A stretch of 64,000 bases of DNA from the NCBI GenBank assembly GCA_965112155.1, contig OZ218100.1. The stretch is one strand, 5' to 3'. The translations under genes were made by a program, and so were the position numbers. Shown piece after piece: positions 51,125 through 64,000 of this stretch (the stretch's first letter is position 1; every line of letters starts with the position of its first letter). A model generated the notes under the pieces. It did no database searches. It was given only the letters and a program-made list of their open reading frames with translations, and was not told the origin of the DNA. This DNA is from Podarcis liolepis. Its lineage: Eukaryota.

Positions 51125-54063
51125 ACAGGCAACTGAAAGCCTTTATTCAAACAAATATATAAGGAATGCACTGTCACAATATTATGTGTTTATGGCAACA
51201 AGCTTATTTGGCTGGCCATGGTGCATTTGCATGACTTTGACCAAATTCTGCAAAGCAATTATGTAGCTGATTTGTGTTTTGTCATACTATGAAATAATTT
51301 TATAAAGCTGCATCTGTATACTTCCCATCTTATTTTTGTCTTTGACAAAGAGCTTTAAATGAGAGATCACCCAACAATCCTCGCCACTTGAAATTTACTT
51401 TGGCAAATGGAGAGGCCATGTACAACACACATTGCTTTTTATGGCCCAGAACAAGCTGGATTTTTTTGGGAGGAGAAAAAGATGGACAGACGAACAGAAA
51501 CAGTTTAATAAATGATTTATTTTGGTTTTGTGATTAAGTAGTTTGCATTTTCTTCCAATGAAGACAACACACATATGCAGTACAGTAATGTCTATAACAT
51601 TCCATTCTAGATGCAACATACTTGCAGGTGTTAAATTTTAGGGAAAATTTGTATTAAGAGCTTGGAAGTCACAATTCACTGCCTTAAAAATCTATTTCAC
51701 AGACAGGGGTGGTTAAAAAAACCCAAAACCCTATGCATATACTCCAAAAAGCAGACAGAAGCTGTGAAAATCTATTAGTTTACCTAATTTGTACGTAGTC
51801 AGGTTAATGTCACTACCAGAAAAATAACAACTGTCACTGATCTAGCTATAGAAGGTAAGAGGGCTCACCCTCACAGTCTTAGCCAAGGTTTGGTAAGTTA
51901 GTGATAAAGCTTGGGTCTAGAAAATCAAATATGCCACTGCATGAAGTTATTAGAAATGTCTTAAAGACCTGGTACACATCTATACCCCAACCAAGTAGAA
52001 AATGCAGACTTCCTGAAGAGTAGCAGTGAGACCTGAATTTCCTAAAGTCATTGGAAAAGAACAATTGCTGGCAATGGGGCAAGACTAGTGACTAAAATTC
52101 CTCTCCCCACATTCCTTCAACAGACATGTAGCTGACAGTAATAAAATTTAAGGCACTTGAAAGATTCATGTTAACATCAGCACAGAATACATGACTGTTT
52201 AGTGGTGTTTTAAACAGCACTTACTCTTGGCTCAGTAATAAAATTGGCTCAAATTTCAATTCTGGAACTGCAAGTTGCACTGTTAAGTCTTGAAATCTTC
52301 TGCTACAAGTTTACAAGACGTAGCCATTCAAGAGCCAGTAAGGAAGCAACACTAACTAGAAATAATTTCTAAGTCTCACCACTAAGCATAAGCTTATTAC
52401 AGCTTTAGAGTGCAAAGAGGCTTTTTTTAAACTGTCACCGTTTAGAAGTGCATTTATTTATGCTTAAGGTTTAGAATATATTCAGATATTTTATCTAAAT
52501 TTATGAAGCTAAAAGAGATGGGGAATTATGTTAAACAATGGACTATATAGCTTAAGGCCATTAAATACCACCTACTACAGATGTGTTGCTTGCTGAAAAT
52601 TGGCTGATCAATTTACCATTTCATACACCTGAGCTGATTGTCTTTTAGGAGTGCAGTTGCCTGAAAGTTACAGTACTCTTTGCTAAGTATTATTATGAAT
52701 AAACTTTCTATGCAATGTTATTGAAGTGAATACTATTAGCTACAAGGGCTAGAGAAGTTGAGCAATTAAAATGCAGTAAAATTTTGCAATAAGCCATAAA
52801 TCCAGACTTATCAGCAGCAGCTTAAAATCAAGCAAGCAATAGAGCTAATCCAAAAGCATCACTTAACGTTGCATTTCTAGCATTTAAACTATGCTTGCCA
52901 TATAACCTGCAAAACAAGGATTAGCAGTCTATTTTGACAATTATCAAAAACTTACATAGCTCCAAGTGCTCGGGCTGCCTACTTCCACCATGACTATCTG
53001 TGTTTTATGAAACTTAAGGAAGGAAACTGCATTGATATAAGAGCAAATATTCTCTCAAATCCATACAGAATTATGGTAGGTTTGTAATATCCACGAATTG
53101 CAATCACAAAATGTGAAACTACTGCTCTGAAATGTAAAGCATGTCAATAGAACTTTCCAAGGCAAGTGTTTTGAAGGCTAGAGACACATGGCTTTAGGAA
53201 CAGTATATGAAGATTGCTTACACTGTTTTCTTTCCATATCTGTCTTCACAAAAACTTTTATATAAAGTCAAATATATATAAATAATGCCCAAGTTCATGT
53301 GTCTACTAGAATGAAATTGCTGCAAGTGGAATGACATTCACTGTACCTCAAACAAATAAAATGGCACAAACGTATCAGTTTGCAGCCTACTCATTAAGGC
53401 ACTGGTCTTTCTTCCTTATGCACCAAGGAACTAGCATTCTTTGACTATCATTCTTCCTATGGCTGCTTACGCTTACATTAGAAAACAATTATCCTTCTGA
53501 CACCAAGTATAGAAAAATATGGGCTTCCATAATCCTTAAGGAAAAAAACATAGTTCTAGAAATTTGCCCCAATCTCCTAGCAGTACACTATAAAAAGCCA
53601 GTTTTCACACACATAGTGTTTTATGCCAAGTCACCAGGAATTCACATTTTAATAGTAATAATAATAATTATAATAATAATGTAGGGGGCACTGCATTTAA
53701 GGCTAACTTATCAATTGCAATCATAAAGTTATCTATCAAGAACACTGCTGCCAATGAATACAGTTACTATTAAAGTCTACATTTGGCATGTCAGATAAAA
53801 GAAACGGTTTCACAGCAGCAGCCACTAAAGAAATTTCAGACAGCCAATGAGGATTCATGCACAATATTGCAAGTATTCTTGCAGAGCAAAACATGATTCA
53901 TACAACCTTCTTCCAAGCATGTTGCAGAAACATTTTCTTTTTTAAAAAAAGTCTTGAAGAATAAGAGTATTTTGAATTGCTGTCTTCTATAAGGAATAAA
54001 GATATTTTGGTGCAGCTAACCACAAATGTTGACCTTGTAAAGTCCACTTAAAAGTAACGTATT
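51125..54063 (-). other. CD164: CD164 3' UTR (about 2.9 kb, inferred extent)
   Basis: AT-rich stretch with no recognisable TEs downstream of the TAG; minus-strand AATAAA at 52453, 51516 and 51142. Confidence 0.65.
51142..51147 (-). terminator. Candidate distal poly(A) signal of CD164
   Basis: TTTATT on + (AATAAA on -), the last such hexamer before the CCDC162 stop. Confidence 0.55.
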
Positions 54064-60099
<6,036 letters not shown>

Positions 60100-63000
60100 C
60101 TAAAAAGGAAGAATGCATTTTTAAACAGTTGATAGATCACAATTTCAAAAGGTCACTACAAATTATGAACAGTCTATGGCACCCCTGAGGTATAGAAGTG
60201 TGTTAAATGTGAATCAACAAAAGCACTATAAAGTAATTGTTTTTTATTTTCAAATGAAAAATTAACATAAGAAATTAACACCTGTAACCAAGGAGAAAGG
60301 ACCCTAGACATTCATTTCTGGTTACTTCTAGTTGAGTTAGTTTTGCAGTGTGGACAACACAAAATATTCATTCAGTTTTTATGTAAACTTCCTGTCTTCC
60401 TTTACCATTTATTCATTGCTGAACAGCCCAACTACCTCCATGGCTCCTTCTTATTTGTGTAAACAAATGTTTGTTACTTGTCTTAATGTTTTTAGCAATA
60501 TGCTTCCCACATTTTTTGTTAGTTTAATTTACTGTATTTTAGCATACCAAGTCTGTAATGTCCATCATTAATACAAACGGTAACTAATGTTTGTTCTTGG
60601 CTTACTGCTTATGGTTTGTCTAAGGGAGACAAACCATGAGTGATTTTGAATGTGGCAGTAAGTCAGGGTGGGTGGGACCCTCCAGACATTATCCCCCATC
60701 AGCCCCAGCTTGCATGGCAAATGGTCAGATTGATGGGAGGTGTACACTGGCAACATCTGTAGGGCAACGTGATTCACAATTAGAGCTGCATGACATAGAA
60801 AATGATCGTTTATTGAATAATTATTTGAGGATGACCTAACTTTATAGAAAACCAGAAAGCTAGCTTTTTGGCTCCTATGTGTTGGTGGTGGTCTGCAACA
60901 GCACCAATAAATGGAGGCTACTTCTGGCCTCACTACCTCTTGCTTGCAAGTGTCCTTTGTCAGATGTAGCAGTTCCGAGATGCTATATTATAGACCTTTC
61001 ACAATGACAGTGATGGTAAGTCCTAAATTCCAAAGATTGTTATGAATGCTGTATTAGACCTATTATTTTAGCTTATCGGTGCCTAAAATACTACACCTCT
61101 GCATTTGTACCAGATCTGAAATTGCTTTCCTCTTTGAGATTTTTATGGAAAGCAATTCATAAAAGAAATAACACAAACTGCCTTCAGGCCTTTGCACATA
61201 GCTACAAATAGGTTTCAGTCACTGTGTGTAGGCACAGGAAGGAGCCCTGGTCAATGCTGACCGCCCTGGTAGCCATGTCTTACAAATCTTCCCTCCTATT
61301 TCCTAGGAATAGGCTTGGCCAGCTTTGCTTTAATTCCATTAAGCACATATATTGAAATGAGTTTGTGTGCCATGTTCGGGAAACAATTCTAGTTTTAATT
61401 TCATACTCCAATTGAAGCCCCACCAGTGCCAAGGAATATGTAAACTACTGCAATGAGATATCTGCTTTGAGAATTAAAGTATGACCTTTCCCCTCTTCTG
61501 AAAACTATTGCTGGTGGGCAAGGAAGGAGCTCGTAGAGCCCTGCATATAATCAACTATTTGAAGTTTTCCACTCCTCTTTTATGAGGAGAGCATTAACAG
61601 TGCAAGATACACTATAATATCAGAAGCGACACCTTTGAAAAGCTGTACTTTAGTAGCATACTGCATTAAATACATATTTATAAACGAGTTAATTATGTGC
61701 ATTAATTATACAAAAGAACAATGATGTGTGAAATGTTCCTCAAAGAAGGGCCTCCAGAGTGAACCTGCAAGCTAACACGCCAAAGATGAAGTATCCTAAA
61801 ATGTTATCCAACTCAAAATAAGCAATTGGTCGTTTAAGATGAAATTCGTAGGAATAACTTCTTTGAATGCCCAAATTAAGAGTTCTAAGTAGATATTAGT
61901 AAATAAAACTATTTCATTCCTCCATTTCCACTTTATTTTCTCATTTAGTTAAATCAAAACAGGCTGAATGATACTAGCACCACCACCACCCACTTTCAAC
62001 TGATAAACATTCTACAGAATTTGAAATGTGTTTGTGGGAGGGAGTTATTGGTTTGTTTTTATTATATATTTTGTGTTCTCATTTTGTATTTTTATGTTGT
62101 GAACCCCCCTATGACATTTTGATGAAGGGCAGTATACAAATTTAATAGATAATAATGTGGGTTTATCTGTTAGAAGTATGCACAAGATATCTAGCATCAG
62201 AACAGCCAACTCAGCTCTATGTCCTTCAGGTTAATTCTAGTCAAACCGTTTTCAATAGGTTTTAAAAGATGGGCTTGCATGCTATGTAATGTGTGAATAA
62301 GTGAGCAGAAATGAATGTCAACAATTTAGAAAACTCCAGTGAGGTAATTTATTTTGGGGGAGAAAAAAATCTAGACTCATCCTGTACAGGGAGCTGACAG
62401 AGAGGATAGGGCCTCTATGAGGCAGGTCAGAATGGCTTTTCTCAGGTGGGAGAATTCAATTCTCTCTGTGTGTGTGAAGGTTAAGATAAAATGGTGACCA
62501 AGGGCTACATAAATATATTTATAATTTTGTGTTTTATGAAGATTATCTTACTTTAATTTTGTCTTTAGTTTCTTTCTGTTTGATACATTCTTTCATTTTT
62601 CTCTTTAGTTTGGAATTTTATGGTATATTAGGTTGAAAACCTTTAATGCATTTGATTAAAAGAAATCTAGACTCATCTTAATAGCAGCTTCTACAGACAT
62701 TCATCGCAAAAGCAGCTGTTAAAACACATCAGCAGGGGAATCCTTGGAGGGTGGAAATCTTTTCCCTCAAGGCCTTCTCCCAACTTACTTGCCTCCATCA
62801 GTTGTGCAGTTGCAAAGAAACAAATGAACACAGCTTTAAAATAAGAGAACCAAAGTACTTTTTTCTGTTTATAGCTTTCATCCTGTTAATTTAGACAAAA
62901 CCTCTTATATACTGCCCAGTGCCATGAAAGTTGATGGTGCCATCGTAACAACCATGATGATAGAAAGGCAAGGAGGAAAACAAATAAATACTTGTGTTAT

Positions 63001-63149
63001 CTCCCTGAAAATAGAGGTCAGATTGCCGATTAGACTCTTGCAACCTCTCTCAAAATAGCTCCTACGCTGTAAAGAATTAGGGCTTTTGAACAATAAATCC
63101 TTGCACTTCATCCCTTGCGTTAACTCATAGCTGATATACAGATCGTGCG

Positions 63150-64000
63150 TCACTGCAGGATAAATAAATACACGAAGGGAGAGGGCAACGTTGCTGCATT
63201 GTCTCGGCTCGAATGTTCGTAAACTTTTCAGAAGGGGAGGCGGGAGCGCAGCGAACACGGAGCCAACACAATCCGAAACCAGACCGAGCGGGGCAGCTGC
63301 CAGTGGCCCTCCGCCGCCTTCATCCCCACCACCACACCCCACGGTTTCGTTTCTCTTACAAGCGACGAGAAGGCAACTCTCCTGAGCCTCAGGTCTGGCG
63401 GTGGGCGGACCCTTTCCCACGACCCGAGCTTCCCAACGCCGCGAATCCTGCCTCCCCGCATTCTTCCTGCCTGCCGATGCCTCTCTCGGAGGGAAGAGAA
63501 GGGGACGCAGAAGCCGCCCCTGCCCCAATAAACTAGGGCTAGAATCGCCCCTGACGCGGAAGAACCGCGGTGCTTGAACTGAACTGCAGCCGCGGCGGGG
63601 CCATGTTCGCCCCTCAGCAGCTGCGTGCCATGTTTAACCATTTCAACCCCTCGGCCTTTTTCGGAGCGAAATCAACTGTTTGCCACGTGGGGAGCGGGGA
63701 ATTCCACGTTAGCGGGGGGGGGGGTCCTGCATGCCTTCAAAAGAGTAAAGGGGGGTCAGTGCCGGAGGTCCGCTCTGCCCCCCCGCCTCGCCTCCGCCCC
63801 TTGGCAACCCGTAACAAGACCACCTCCCCCCTCTCTTCATTCCCTCCGCCCTCGGGGCTCCTTTCTTCGAGGAGGGGCTGCACTACGAGCCCCGTCCAGC
63901 GCCGGTCCGTCAAGGCCAGGGCGGCTATCTCCGCGCGGAGGTGAGCCTGGCGCGCAGAGCGCGTCGCAGCCTCCGGGCCCCCTGTGCTCCCCCCGCTTCG
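63150..64000. promoter_or_regulatory. CpG island, CD164 intron 1 / promoter-proximal
   Basis: Abrupt rise in GC and CpG with GC boxes (CCGCCC), continuing to the window end where CD164 exon 1 is expected. Confidence 0.85.

Noticed and set aside
62905-63944. Long overlapping ORFs (207, 137, 124 and 107 aa) at the right edge
   Set aside because: They fall in the GC-rich CpG island where stops are rare, have low-complexity G/P/R/A composition and show no signal-peptide or mucin features of CD164 exon 1.

Overview
Vertebrate genomic DNA, very probably a lacertid lizard (it carries a Sauria SINE and other squamate repeats). It is not prokaryotic, so most ORFs in the supplied track are spurious or exon fragments. 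Two convergent genes are present. (1) On the + strand, a large uncharacterised gene matching CCDC162 (C6orf183/184-like, DUF4549 N-terminus; a pseudogene in human). I traced 46 GT-AG exons (one tentative) from 1727 to the stop at 50967. They join into one open frame of about 2143 codons, and the first exons lie upstream of the window. (2) On the - strand, CD164 (endolyn/sialomucin): exons 2-6 (60099 to 54064), an about 2.9 kb 3' UTR ending just after the CCDC162 stop, and a CpG island at the right edge next to the unseen exon 1. The introns hold many mobile elements, several with clear target-site duplications: two Penelope-like inverted-repeat remnants (one with an apparently intact minimal hammerhead ribozyme), L1, L2 and CR1 fragments, Sauria and other tRNA-derived SINEs, hAT and Tc1/mariner MITEs, and a solo LTR nested in a hAT element. 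There is one assembly gap. Unexplained items are a CpG-rich multi-hairpin insertion in CD164 intron 4 and a perfect 28-bp hairpin in a CCDC162 intron. Gene and family names come from recognition and synteny recalled from memory, not from a database search.
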